Assembly: GCA_963662285.2 (NCBI GenBank)
Contig: CAXXMV010000001.1
Location: 544,001-608,000 of the forward strand
DNA length: 64,000 bases
Reading direction: 5' to 3'
DNA from: a bacterium
GTDB taxonomy: Bacteria > Hinthialibacterota > Hinthialibacteria > Hinthialibacterales > Hinthialibacteraceae
Positions 38,792 to 49,022 of this stretch are shown here, piece by piece. The notes below the pieces were generated by a model. The model did no database searches, was not told the origin of the DNA, and saw nothing but the letters and a program-made list of their open reading frames with translations. Within the stretch, counting starts at the first letter, position 1; each line of letters begins with the position of its first letter. The translations under genes and the position numbers were made by a program.

Positions 38792-40298
38792 TGTAAAGGC
38801 CTGGGACATGGGTAACAGGTGTTCGGGGACATAGGTAACACATTTTCTGAGTGTATTCTAGCCTTGAAAGGAGGCGAAGAATATGCCCTGGAACGAGGTG
38901 GACCTTATGTCTCTGAGAAAAGAATTCGTATTGTTGAGCCAGCAAGAAGAAAGCAACATCAGCCAATTATGTAAACGGTTTGATATCAGCCGTAAGACGG
39001 GTTACAAATGGATCAAACGGTACAAAGAAGGAGGAGTCGAAAATCTCCAAGACCGTTCCAAAAAACCCAATACTTGCCCTCATCAAACAGATAAGTCTAT
39101 CGAGCAAGCCATTACAGAAAATCGCGAAAAAGGATGGGGAGGACGCAAAATTCGCTCTCGTCTGATTCAATTGGGATACGAAAATGTTCCTAGCGCCAGC
39201 ACTATTACTGCCGTGTTACGCCGACTGGGATTGCTGGATGAAAAGGAAAGTCACAAGCACAAAGCCTATAAGCGTTTTGAAAAAGATACGCCCAACGAAT
39301 TGTGGCAAATGGATTTCAAAGGAGATTTTCCCACGCTCAAAGCACGCTGTTATCCGCTCAGCATTCTGGATGATTGCACGCGCTTTGTTCCCGGATTATT
39401 TTCGTGCGCCAATCAGCAAAGGGAAACCGTGCAAGACTCCCTGGAAAGCGTGTTCAGGATGTATGGTATGCCTCGGGCGATGTTGATGGATAACGGAAGT
39501 CCGTGGGGAGGATGCAAAACCTGCGAATACACCAGATTGACAATATGGCTGATACGATTGGGTATTCGCGTGTATCACGGTCGCCCCTACCATCCGCAAA
39601 CCCAAGGCAAGGTCGAGCGATTTCACCGGACCTTTAAGCAAGAATTGCTGATAAGGGAATCGTTTGTGGATTTGGAATATTGCCAAAGGCGGTTTGATGA
39701 GTGGCGTTATGAATACAATTTTGAGCGTCCTCACGAAGCCCTGGATATGGATGTCCCGGCTAACCATTATACGTCCAGTCCTTTTGTTTATCCGGGAAGT
39801 TTGCCGGATATCGAGTACGCGCCGGGCAGCATTATCAGGAAGGTGCAACAAGGAGGTCGGGTGGCGTACCGTGGTGAAGATTACCGGGTGAGCCGCGCCC
39901 TGGTAGGATGCCCGGTTGCCTTGAAACCCGCTATGACCGATGGGATGATGGACGTATATTTTTGCCGACAAAAAATCAAGACGCTCGATCTGCGTTTGAA
40001 TGAAATCAAAGAAGATAACTTGGCAATCCAGAAAAAGGCGTCACAATAGAAATTGGTTGGGCGAAACGGAAGCGGGCGCTGCAGGAGTGCAACCCGCCAG
40101 GGATAGCCGATCCGAGGTGCGAGGGATAATGCAGGAGGTGAAATATTCACCTCCTCCCTCTAAGCCAACCAATTATCCTGAGCATCTCTAGATGCCTAAA
40201 AAAAAACTCAAACAATAACCTGGGATAAATCCCGGTTTTGATAAAAAACTGTAACCCATGTCCCCGAACATGTGTTACCCATCTACCCGGTCTGTACA
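38792..40298 (+). mobile_element. IS481-family element, copy 1 (1507 bp)
   Basis: TGT...ACA ends, imperfect ~50-bp IRs with GGGGACAT[AG]GGT[AT]ACA repeats, 5-bp DR GTGGC at 38787-38791 and 40299-40303. Confidence 0.92.
38883..40049 (+). CDS. IS481-family transposase
   Basis: MPW N-terminus, HTH ISRKTGYKW, WQMDFKG, DNG, PQTQGKVERFH, YNFERPHEAL. Confidence 0.95.
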   Translation: MPWNEVDLMSLRKEFVLLSQQEESNISQLCKRFDISRKTGYKWIKRYKEGGVENLQDRSKKPNTCPHQTDKSIEQAITENREKGWGGRKIRSRLIQLGYENVPSASTITAVLRRLGLLDEKESHKHKAYKRFEKDTPNELWQMDFKGDFPTLKARCYPLSILDDCTRFVPGLFSCANQQRETVQDSLESVFRMYGMPRAMLMDNGSPWGGCKTCEYTRLTIWLIRLGIRVYHGRPYHPQTQGKVERFHRTFKQELLIRESFVDLEYCQRRFDEWRYEYNFERPHEALDMDVPANHYTSSPFVYPGSLPDIEYAPGSIIRKVQQGGRVAYRGEDYRVSRALVGCPVALKPAMTDGMMDVYFCRQKIKTLDLRLNEIKEDNLAIQKKASQ

Positions 40299-40329
40299 GT
40301 GGCAAGGGCAGTGTCCTTTCTGCCCTTGA
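40299..40329 (+). repeat. REP family A, right part of the copy split by IS481
   Basis: GTGGCAAGGGCAGTGTCCTTTCTGCCCTTGA; left part GGGTGGC at 38785-38791. Confidence 0.8.
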
Positions 40330-40496
40330 CGGAAAACTATTGAGAAACGAAATCATCCTTATGATTCAATATTCTGATTGGACCGCTAGTGGAATTACTG
40401 AAATAAGAGGAGACTGAATCAAGGGATCAGGCTCTTCAATCGACTAAACTATCAATAATAACTGACTCTAAGAACATATAAGCGGGAAACCATTAA

Positions 40497-40964
40497 ATGC
40501 TGTGGCGTAAGAAATTAACCATAAAAAAACTACCAGCCAAACTCGTTAAAGAGAAAAAAGAACTGGTCAAACCATCTCCACGGAGACATGTTAAACGGGC
40601 TAAACGAATTGTATTCAACCTGCCCTGTTACTTGTTCGTCCAATCAACCGATTATCTGGTTCAAACAACCACCGTCAATATCAGCAAAAGCGGCATTCTG
40701 GTCAAATCACTAAAGCCTCTGGAAACCGGACAGGAAGTTTTATGTCTTATATCCGACAAAAAAAATCTATCATCCATCCATGTACGGGGAAGCCAACACA
40801 CCCTCAAAGCCAAGATTGTCAGGGTTGAAAAAGAAGAAATGCTCTTCAAAATAGCCCTCATCGTTACTCTGGGCAGAGTTAATCCGCTTTCATATCTAGG
40901 CAATACTCCAGACGACAAATTCTGGTGGACCCGTCATTGGCAATCCATGGATACCCTGGAATAA
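40497..40964 (+). CDS. PilZ domain protein
   Basis: RAKRI (RxxR-like) and NISKSG ([D/N]xSxxG) motifs. Confidence 0.75.
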   Translation: MLWRKKLTIKKLPAKLVKEKKELVKPSPRRHVKRAKRIVFNLPCYLFVQSTDYLVQTTTVNISKSGILVKSLKPLETGQEVLCLISDKKNLSSIHVRGSQHTLKAKIVRVEKEEMLFKIALIVTLGRVNPLSYLGNTPDDKFWWTRHWQSMDTLE

Positions 40965-40967
40965 CGC

Positions 40968-42047
40968 TCAAGCAACGCCCAGAATCTCCCTAGCTGCATC
41001 TAATAATCGCAGGTTCTCCGCCTCAGTTCCAATACCGATGCGCAGGGCGGGACGTCCCAGATTCATATTAGCGGATTGATCAGACAATAGTATCCCTTTA
41101 TCCGTAAATAACTTGGCGGGATTCTTGTCATTCCATGACTGAGGCCACAGAGTCAATAGAAAATTGGCCTGCGATGGGGGGACGACCAAACCAAGCCGCT
41201 CTAATTCAACCTGCAAAGCATCTTTCCTGTCCTGCAATTCCTCAATGCGTTGTCGGTATATATCAGCATCCAGCAAAGCGGCGATTCCCGCCGCCTGGGC
41301 GCATACATTGACCGGAAAAGTCATAGCGTAGCGCTCCATGCGGTCAATCAAGCTCCGCGCCGCAACGGCGTAACCCAAGCGAAGACCCGACATACCGAAA
41401 CTTTTTGACAAGCTGCGCAACACCAGCAGGTTCTCTTTTTGATGAATCAGATCAACCACCGTCTCTCCGGCGAACTCGTAGTAGCACTCATCCACCACGA
41501 TAATCCCCGGCCACTGTTCGATATATTCCACCAGCCGCTCCCGCGCCGTTAACGTACCCGTTGGGTTATTGGGATTAGCGATAAACGAAACTGAATACGA
41601 CCCGTCTTTTAACTCAACAGGTATATCATCAATCGCCGGTAAATCAAAATTATCATCCCTGGCAATAGAAACAACCGGCGATCCATGCCTTTTTGCAGAA
41701 AAACCATAGACAAAAAAACTGGGACTGAACACGACTACGGGATCAGTTCTATTACCAAAAGCGACGACTGATAGATCAATCAATTCATCAGAACCATTGC
41801 CTATAATAATATTATCAGCTGAGTTCTCATACCCGACATATTCCGCAATCTTTTCCCGCAACTCTATACAATTGGTATCGGGATAACGGTTCACGTTTTG
41901 GATTGCGTTCATCAGCGCTTCTTTCACCCGTTCAGTCGGCGCGAAGGGATTCTCTCCCAAATGCAGGAACACGGCGTCGTCATCATGGGAACGCCAGTAT
42001 GAAGCGATATCGTGACGTGGAGCTAAATTTTCTTCCATGCTATTCAC
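40968..42047 (-). CDS. hisC: Histidinol-phosphate aminotransferase
   Basis: ENPF, NRYPD, GNGSDELI, NPNNPTG, VDECYYEF, RSLSKSFGMSGLRLGY. Confidence 0.85.
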   Translation of the reverse strand: MNSMEENLAPRHDIASYWRSHDDDAVFLHLGENPFAPTERVKEALMNAIQNVNRYPDTNCIELREKIAEYVGYENSADNIIIGNGSDELIDLSVVAFGNRTDPVVVFSPSFFVYGFSAKRHGSPVVSIARDDNFDLPAIDDIPVELKDGSYSVSFIANPNNPTGTLTARERLVEYIEQWPGIIVVDECYYEFAGETVVDLIHQKENLLVLRSLSKSFGMSGLRLGYAVAARSLIDRMERYAMTFPVNVCAQAAGIAALLDADIYRQRIEELQDRKDALQVELERLGLVVPPSQANFLLTLWPQSWNDKNPAKLFTDKGILLSDQSANMNLGRPALRIGIGTEAENLRLLDAAREILGVA

Positions 42048-42159
42048 CTGAAAATATGTAATAAATTAGATATTGAAATGCCTGATCCTTCCCCCAATTT
42101 TGGGAGGAGTATTTTATCCTCAATGCGTTCTGTAATGCTATTTTCAAATCACTCATCCT

Positions 42160-43701
42160 TCACTTATATTTTGGGTTGTATTTACCCTTTTCCCAGAAGC
42201 CGCCTAGATATTGGCGCATATTGCTTACACGCGGATAACTGTCGAAAATCTCACTGCCCGACATACGTGGATCGCCTTCAGCGGTCAGTCTGCTTTTTAA
42301 TTCATTCCACAGTTTTTCCCTGGTAGCAGCGTATGATGTTTCACCCGCCAGGTTCTTCATACAACCGGAGTCTTGGCGTATATCATAAAGTTCCTCCAAC
42401 GGCTTTTTACCGTAAGCGGCATTGAACAACTCTTTGTACTCATCCTTGTTTTCAATCATAAAATCATTAGTGGGACAGGCGTCGATATCATGATAATAGG
42501 GTGGATCGCCTGCTGGCCAGCGCTCAGGCTTGAGATTACGGATATACAAAAACTGCTCTGTCCTGATAGCGCGGCTGGGGTATCCCTGATTATCAAAACG
42601 CGAATGCGAATGACGTTCGCGTCCAGCCATGATTTGCTTACGGGATTGATCAACCACTCCAGATTTTTTCGACTGTAACACGTTCATAAAACTGCGCCCC
42701 GACATGCATTGCGGCGTCTCGACGCCCGCCGCCTCCAGAAATGTCGGCGCCAAATCAATGAACGAAACCAGGTCATCGATATATCGTCCTGCAGTAATCC
42801 CCTGCGGCCAACTGACCGCCATAGGCATGTGCAGACCATACTCATAGAGATTCGCTTTTGCGCGGGGGAAAGGCATACCGTTATCGCTGGTAACGACAAC
42901 CAGGGTATTATCCAACTCGCCAGCTTCTTCCAGCGTATTAAGAATCTTCACAAGGTGCTGATCAAACCATTCGCATTCAACAGCATAATCAAGCAGGTCG
43001 CTGCGGATTTCCGGCGTGTCCGGCAAAAACGGCGGGACAACGGCGTCTTCCAGTTTCTTGCCCATCTTCAAACCAATTCCTTTTTCATAAGAGCGATGCG
43101 GCTCGCTGGCGCCATACCAGAAAAAGAACGGTTGATCCTTGGGGCGCTCATCCATGAAATCAACAAAATTTGCTGCATAATCCAGATTCCTTATTCCTTC
43201 AGCGGGAGGTTTCAAAGTTCTCTTGTCATATCCCGGCCCCGCTGGATTGCGCTTCCAGCCGGAATCCTTCCAATTACCCGGTCCCCATGACTTACCAGTC
43301 GTTCCGATAAAATAACCGGATTCTTCCAGCACATCAGTGAACACCGTCAGTTTCTTTGGAAAATAACTGGCGTGGGTTCCCGCTTCTTCATTCTGCCAGA
43401 TCGAACGTCCGGTCAAAATCGAAGCGCGGTTGGGGGCGCAGTGCGGCGCGGCGCAAAAAGCGTTATTCAATAGACACCCCATCTGCGCCACCCGGTCAAA
43501 TCCGGGCGAGCGCACCATCTTGCTGCCATACGCTCCGGTATGAGGCCACGATTGATCGTCAGAAATGGCGAACAGAATATTAGGACGCTTAGCGCTGGAT
43601 TTCTGTGCAGCATCCGACCAGCCCGCCGCTGATCCAGCCATCAATCCCAGAGCCGCCTGCGTCGTCCGTTTCATAAATCCGCGTCGGTTCAAACAATTCA
43701 T
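42160..43701 (-). CDS. Tat-exported sulfatase (N-sulfoglucosamine sulfohydrolase-like)
   Basis: NRRGFMK Tat motif, PNILFAISDD, CAPNR formylglycine motif, TSDNG, ELYD. Confidence 0.9.
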   Translation of the reverse strand: MNCLNRRGFMKRTTQAALGLMAGSAAGWSDAAQKSSAKRPNILFAISDDQSWPHTGAYGSKMVRSPGFDRVAQMGCLLNNAFCAAPHCAPNRASILTGRSIWQNEEAGTHASYFPKKLTVFTDVLEESGYFIGTTGKSWGPGNWKDSGWKRNPAGPGYDKRTLKPPAEGIRNLDYAANFVDFMDERPKDQPFFFWYGASEPHRSYEKGIGLKMGKKLEDAVVPPFLPDTPEIRSDLLDYAVECEWFDQHLVKILNTLEEAGELDNTLVVVTSDNGMPFPRAKANLYEYGLHMPMAVSWPQGITAGRYIDDLVSFIDLAPTFLEAAGVETPQCMSGRSFMNVLQSKKSGVVDQSRKQIMAGRERHSHSRFDNQGYPSRAIRTEQFLYIRNLKPERWPAGDPPYYHDIDACPTNDFMIENKDEYKELFNAAYGKKPLEELYDIRQDSGCMKNLAGETSYAATREKLWNELKSRLTAEGDPRMSGSEIFDSYPRVSNMRQYLGGFWEKGKYNPKYK

Positions 43702-43712
43702 TGTGCGCTCCT

Positions 43713-44330
43713 TTATTCATCAACAGTTACTGGTTCCCAAATAACTTTTCTCTTAAGAATATCCGTCAATCTATCACGCAAAGAGTCTTGATTCTCATCT
43801 GGAATCTCAAACGAAATCTCTATTTCTGCGCCAAATTCTTTTTCGAGGTTAATCGCTTCATATTCGATTAAAGTTTTTTCTACGCTTATAAGATCATGGT
43901 ATGGGATGGTAAGAGACAAAGCAATCCGTTCAACTTTATCCTCGGTCGTCATTTCAGCCAACACCAACTTGGCCGATTGCGAATAGGCCGCCACCAAACC
44001 GCCCGTCCCCAGCTTGGTTCCACCGAAATAACGCGTAACCACCAGAGTTACATCACCCGCCAAAGCACCGCGCAAAACGGCCATCACTGGAGGCCCTGAA
44101 GTTCCCGAAGGTTCCCCATCGTCGCTCATGCCTTCGGTTATACTACCGCCATATCCAATCTTAAACGCATAGACATGGTGGTTGGCGTCAGGCATCTCCC
44201 GTTGCACCGACGCAATAAACTCTTTGGCTTCTTCAACGCTGGACGTCCGGCCAAGCGTGGCGATGAACCTGGAGTTCTTCACCTTATGCTCAATGCGGAC
44301 GGCATTTCGGGGAATAGGATACCGGGTCAT
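43713..44330 (-). CDS. yigZ: YigZ/IMPACT family protein
   Basis: KNSRFIA, DANHH, SDDGEPSGTSG, VTRYFGGTKLGTGGLVAAY. Confidence 0.9.
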   Translation of the reverse strand: MTRYPIPRNAVRIEHKVKNSRFIATLGRTSSVEEAKEFIASVQREMPDANHHVYAFKIGYGGSITEGMSDDGEPSGTSGPPVMAVLRGALAGDVTLVVTRYFGGTKLGTGGLVAAYSQSAKLVLAEMTTEDKVERIALSLTIPYHDLISVEKTLIEYEAINLEKEFGAEIEISFEIPDENQDSLRDRLTDILKRKVIWEPVTVDE

Positions 44331-44505
44331 AGTTCAACGCCTTGAATGATGCAAACCACTCTAGAACCACAGCCTTCCTGTTGACCATATTGTCTACATG
44401 TCATATTATTCTTTCCCAATCGAAAACCATTTAAGACTAAAACAAATATGATTGAAATCACATAATTAGTTCATTCAACATAGTATAGCAAAAAGGAGAT
44501 ATATC

Positions 44506-45522
44506 ATGCATCATGCCAGACGCATTCAAAGCGGTTTTTCGTGGATTTTAGTAATATTCCTTACAGTGTGCCTCTTCTCATCCTGCCAATCAATCAATTC
44601 CATAACTCATAACAAAAACCGCAGTTTCTCCATCGTTATATTACCTGATACCCAAAACTATACCGACTCAAGTTATGGCGGTTCGCCCGAACTTTTCCGC
44701 CAACAGACGCAATGGATCAAGGATAACAAGGAAAAACTTAATATCGTAATGGTCGCCCATGTCGGCGATATTGTGCAGAATCCCGACCAGACCCCTGAAT
44801 GGGAAATGGCCAGCGATGCGTTCAAGACTATCGATGATGAAGTCCCCTATATATTCTGCCTGGGAAACCATGACATTGGCAAGGATAAAAACACCCCGCC
44901 CGATGAACGCTTCACCCTCCTAAACGACTATTTTCCACCATCACGCTTTACCGGAAATCCTTTATATGAAAAGAATTTCGGCGCCGACAAAGAGAAACAT
45001 TTCATGGAAAAGGGTAAATCCGACAACTACTACCTCTATTTCAGAGGTGGAGAAGAAAAATTCCTGATCATCGCGCTGGAATTCAAACCAAGGGATAATG
45101 TTCTCACCTGGGCTAACCAGGTAGTATCAGCGCACCCGAATCATCGCTGCATCGTTCTGACCCACGGCTACCTCAACGCACAGGGAAAACACGGCATGGG
45201 TAAATACGGCATCACAGGCAACTATCCCCCGCAAATCTGGGAAAAATTTGTACGCAAAAACCCCAACATCTTCATGGTCTTCTGCGGTCACATCCTGGGC
45301 GAAGCGTCTTCAACTTGCGCCGGAGACGCTGGCAACACCATACACCAAATCCTGGTTGACTACCAAAACGCCTACATCGGCAATGGCGGACATGGCTTCC
45401 TGCGCATCATGACTTTTTACCCGGATCAAAACATAATAGAAAACCAAACATATTCACCCAGCCTCGATGTCTATATAAACAGAGATAAAAGCAGATTTAC
45501 TCTTGAATACTCCGATAATTAA
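44506..45522 (+). CDS. Calcineurin-like metallophosphoesterase, probable lipoprotein
   Basis: PDTQ, HVGDIV, GNHD, THGY, CGH motifs; LFSSC lipobox-like. Confidence 0.85.
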   Translation: MHHARRIQSGFSWILVIFLTVCLFSSCQSINSITHNKNRSFSIVILPDTQNYTDSSYGGSPELFRQQTQWIKDNKEKLNIVMVAHVGDIVQNPDQTPEWEMASDAFKTIDDEVPYIFCLGNHDIGKDKNTPPDERFTLLNDYFPPSRFTGNPLYEKNFGADKEKHFMEKGKSDNYYLYFRGGEEKFLIIALEFKPRDNVLTWANQVVSAHPNHRCIVLTHGYLNAQGKHGMGKYGITGNYPPQIWEKFVRKNPNIFMVFCGHILGEASSTCAGDAGNTIHQILVDYQNAYIGNGGHGFLRIMTFYPDQNIIENQTYSPSLDVYINRDKSRFTLEYSDN

Positions 45523-45551
45523 ACAAATCTCTCACAACGATTGTCGAATAC

Positions 45552-45777
45552 GGGTGCCAAGGGCAGCGTCCTTTCTGCCCTTGACGATAACTATATAGAA
45601 ACTGAATATTTTCTATAATTATTTTTCTTTTTTTATTGAATGATTAACATATGGCTCTAACTACTAATACTTTAAAGTAAATTATTATTCTGTTTATTGG
45701 GTGATACAGTGATTAAATTATAGAGATATAATAGGTTAACTAAATCAAGGGCAGAAAATACACTGCCCTTGGCACCC
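45552..45777. repeat. Inverted pair of family A REPs (REPIN-like) around an AT-rich spacer
   Basis: GGGTGCCAAGGGCAG..CTGCCCTTGA at 45552-45584 (+) and 45745-45777 (-). Confidence 0.75.
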
Positions 45778-45823
45778 TGTATTGTTCTATATTCAGATAA
45801 TTGGATTCTCATAATCCAAGCAT

Positions 45824-45859
45824 CCCCTCTCCCGGCGGGAGAGGGTCAGGGTGAGGGGG
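45824..45859 (+). repeat. Family C palindromic repeat
   Basis: CCCCTCTCCCGGCGGGAGAGGGTCAGGGTGAGGGGG. Confidence 0.7.
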
Positions 45860-45878
45860 AATCTACAAACACCCGCTT

Positions 45879-47126
45879 CTAAAATTGCAACTCACTGGAA
45901 ACCATCATCCCCCGTTCATCAGTAACGCTGAGAAACCATATCGTAGTCTTCTCATCCACTTTGGGAGCAAAAACCATATTATTCTTCAATGTCACAGGCT
46001 TACTGATCCAATTACGCTTCCCATTCTCAACCCGTATCGCATCAGTAGTATAGTGGATGCTGGCTGAAACCAGTTTAGTCTGCGATTCCACTTTGACGCG
46101 GATTTGTTTATCCCCTATCTTCAGCGATGAAAATCGTGGTAGGGGAACCTCTTTTCCCAATTGAGAATCGATAAAAACTTTAATCTCCTTGGGGCGGTCA
46201 AAAATATGCCCATGACTTAAATCAGGGACGAAATACAGGTTCTTCTCGCTTTTAACCAAACCATAGGTTTTGGCGTAACTATCCGGTGGATAGGCGAAAT
46301 CGCGGCCTCCATTAACAAACAACATCGGAATGGCAGCTGAACCTACGTAACTGGATGGGTCCCAAAGTTTGACCCATTTGTCACGCTGTTCAGGAGAAAA
46401 TTTCTCTTCAAACCAGGGCAGCCAACAGCTGTTCTGATGCAGAAATCCACAGCCGTAAACCGGGCAAGCCGCCTTAAAACGGTTATCCAGACCAGCCGTT
46501 ATGCAAGTTAGATATCCACCCCAGCTGATGCCGGTCAATCCGGTCCGCTCAGCGTCGACCTCGTCAAAGGACATGATTAGAGAATGAGCCAGAATCACAT
46601 TGGCTACTGCATGATAGGTCCATTGGTCAGTTACGGGCTTATCGATATTACCGAATTTGGTATTATCAGATTGATCGGGGCCGCCATCATCCAGCCGTTT
46701 TTGATCTACGCCGCAGCCCGCTAAATCCATAGCGATAGCCGCATAACCATAACCAGCCCACAACTCAGCCCATTCCTTAAACGCGCTGCCGCCGCCGCCA
46801 TGAACCAGAACCATCGCTGGTAAATCCTTATCCAGGCTGGAGTCTCCCGCCAGGATTCCAGGGGTGCAGTAATAAGCGAAGACGTTGGTTTGCTTCATAT
46901 CTTGATAGGGCAAACCTTTGTATATCAATGACCGCATTTTCCCCGACTGCTCAAGCCACTCAAAATCCGGCGCCACGCTCAACGCCTCTAAATCCCAGGG
47001 AGTCGAGTCCGGCAATGTAGCCGCTGATTTAATAACATCAGCGCTCCACGAACAGAGGCAGAGACATATAATAATAATAATAAACGGGCAAAATATTAGT
47101 GTAATTTTGGGAAATAATTTTTTCAT
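45879..47126 (-). CDS. Alpha/beta hydrolase (acetylxylan esterase / dipeptidyl peptidase-like), exported
   Basis: VLVHGGGG, GISWGG nucleophile elbow, PVYGCG; ORF-track start 47165. Confidence 0.85.
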   Translation of the reverse strand: MKKLFPKITLIFCPFIIIIICLCLCSWSADVIKSAATLPDSTPWDLEALSVAPDFEWLEQSGKMRSLIYKGLPYQDMKQTNVFAYYCTPGILAGDSSLDKDLPAMVLVHGGGGSAFKEWAELWAGYGYAAIAMDLAGCGVDQKRLDDGGPDQSDNTKFGNIDKPVTDQWTYHAVANVILAHSLIMSFDEVDAERTGLTGISWGGYLTCITAGLDNRFKAACPVYGCGFLHQNSCWLPWFEEKFSPEQRDKWVKLWDPSSYVGSAAIPMLFVNGGRDFAYPPDSYAKTYGLVKSEKNLYFVPDLSHGHIFDRPKEIKVFIDSQLGKEVPLPRFSSLKIGDKQIRVKVESQTKLVSASIHYTTDAIRVENGKRNWISKPVTLKNNMVFAPKVDEKTTIWFLSVTDERGMMVSSELQF

Positions 47127-47385
47127 GGTTTTCAACCTTTTTTTGTAATATCCAATACAATACATTAAAACAAATCGCCTTTTCTATCCTTGCAGATCAA
47201 AAATTTTAGCGCTTTACACCACCTTGTTTGACAATTCGCATTTCCAGGCGCCAATACATCTACGTATAAATCCATACTTAGTTTTACCATAAAATTATCT
47301 TGCAATCATGCCTTTCCTGTTTTATGGTAGTATCTAATTAGGTAACATGGCTATCATCTAATTAAATCTTAAGAATTGGTTAATC

Positions 47386-48024
47386 ATGAAAAGTCTTAAG
47401 CTGAAACACGGTTTCACCCTTATTGAATTGTTAATCGTGGTCGCTATAATCGGCATTCTGGCCGCCATTGCCGTCCCCAATTTCCTCAACGCCCAGACCC
47501 GCGCCAAAGTCGCTAAAGTTCTCTCTGATATACAGGCTATGGGACAGGCGCAGTCAATGTACCAGCTCGACTGGAACACCTATACCGAAAACCACCACGA
47601 TTCCGATGTCCCCCTTCATGCTGGATTGTTCCGCCTGACCCATCCGGTCGCCTACCTTAGCGCTCTTCCCGAAGATCCCTTCTATAACAACCCGTTCGCC
47701 AATGCCGACGATTGGGCCAGCACCCAAAAACATTACACCTTCGGCACGGAACCCGACTGGGACGTTCAATGGGATCGCGGCGGCAACCGCAACGGCAAGG
47801 CCACCCGCTGGTTGTGCGCCAGCGCCGGGCCCAGCTACAGCGATGATTCCAACCCGGTTTTTGAATACCCCGGAGCAGCCAACACCATCTGGGATACGCC
47901 GGGACGCTTTTCCGTCGCAGAATACTCTGGAACTACTTTCCGCTACATGAGGTATCACCCCTCCAACGGTCTGATCAGCCTGGGCGATATCCTGGTAGCC
48001 AGTGATTTTAAACCGTCTTATTAG
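47386..48024 (+). CDS. Prepilin-type N-terminal cleavage/methylation protein
   Basis: HGFTLIELLIVVAIIGILAAIAVP, LTHPVAYL, DPF, SAGP, YHPSNGLISLGDI. Confidence 0.88.
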   Translation: MKSLKLKHGFTLIELLIVVAIIGILAAIAVPNFLNAQTRAKVAKVLSDIQAMGQAQSMYQLDWNTYTENHHDSDVPLHAGLFRLTHPVAYLSALPEDPFYNNPFANADDWASTQKHYTFGTEPDWDVQWDRGGNRNGKATRWLCASAGPSYSDDSNPVFEYPGAANTIWDTPGRFSVAEYSGTTFRYMRYHPSNGLISLGDILVASDFKPSY

Positions 48025-48109
48025 AATAATAATGAGAAATACTGGTTCGTGATATCGTAAAATAATATCTAATCATCATCGCATCTTGCGTTGTTACTCA
48101 TGCACCCAC

Positions 48110-48229
48110 GGTTGCATATTGCAACCATGCTTCTTCTGTCAATCTCAATCTAACATTATATATATCATAGAATATCAATACTTTATATCGTTAATAACTC
48201 CACTCCCATACTATTGGCATAATTCCTGT
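48110..48229 (+). promoter_or_regulatory. Probable sigma54 promoter with palindromic upstream activator site
   Basis: GGTTGCATATTGCAACC palindrome at 48110-48126; TGGCATAATTCCTGT at 48215-48229 (-12 is GT, not GC). Confidence 0.5.
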
Positions 48230-48243
48230 GTATGTAAACAAGT

Positions 48244-48657
48244 ATGAACGTTGCCATCCCGATATGGAATCATAGAATCTCTCCTGTTTTCGACGCTGCC
48301 GGAAGATTGCTGGTTGTGCCGATTGAAAATGGTGAAGAACAACCTGGACGCACCGAGTGCATTCTGAATGAGTCTGATTTTTTCAACCGGGCCAAAAGGC
48401 TTCAACTATTGGGAATAGACCTCTTGATATGTGGAGCAATCTCTAAACCTCTTGAAGAGAGTATTCAAAATAATGGAATTCAGGTTATTTCTCATATCTG
48501 TGGTTTTGTGGAAGAAATTTTAGAAGCTTATTGCACAGATCAAATTCAACAAGAAAGATTCATAATGCCTGGTTGTTGCGGCCAAAGACGTAACAGGTTG
48601 CAACGCCATGGATCGCATTGCCGAAGAAATAACCGGAAAAAAGGAGCATCCGCGTGA
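48244..48657 (+). CDS. NifB/NifX family (dinitrogenase FeMo-cofactor-binding-like) protein
   Basis: VAIPIWNHRISPVFD, LICGAIS, MPGCC. Confidence 0.82.
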   Translation: MNVAIPIWNHRISPVFDAAGRLLVVPIENGEEQPGRTECILNESDFFNRAKRLQLLGIDLLICGAISKPLEESIQNNGIQVISHICGFVEEILEAYCTDQIQQERFIMPGCCGQRRNRLQRHGSHCRRNNRKKGASA

Positions 48658-49016
48658 AAGTTGCCGTAAGTTCTCAAGGAACCACATTAGATAGTATGGT
48701 CGATCCCCGCTTTGGCAGGTCGCCGCAGTTTATCGTGATCGATACCGAAACAGGCGAATTCACCTGCCACGACAATACCCAGAATTTGAACGCCGCCCAG
48801 GGAGCAGGCATTCAAGCCGCCCGCAATGTTATCAATCTCGGAGTTGAAGCGGTTATCACCGGAAACCTGGGTCCCAAAGCATTTACAACTCTGCAAGCAG
48901 GACAGATAACTATGTATATCGGCGCACAGGGAACCATACAACAAGCGGTCGATCAACTGAAATCAGGTCAAATGCAACCAGTCAGCCAACCGAACGTGGA
49001 AGGTCATTGGGTGTAA
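48654..49016 (+). CDS. NifB/NifX family protein (Orange protein-like)
   Basis: VDPRFGR, QGAGIQAA, ITGNLGPKAF, NVEGHW. Confidence 0.88.
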   Translation: MKVAVSSQGTTLDSMVDPRFGRSPQFIVIDTETGEFTCHDNTQNLNAAQGAGIQAARNVINLGVEAVITGNLGPKAFTTLQAGQITMYIGAQGTIQQAVDQLKSGQMQPVSQPNVEGHWV

Positions 49017-49022
49017 ATTCAA

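Noticed and set aside
40070-40165. Guide-like matches between the IS481 3' region and its target flanks (AAGCGGG; CCCTCT)
   Set aside because: Only 6-7 nt, expected by chance; no evidence for RNA-guided targeting
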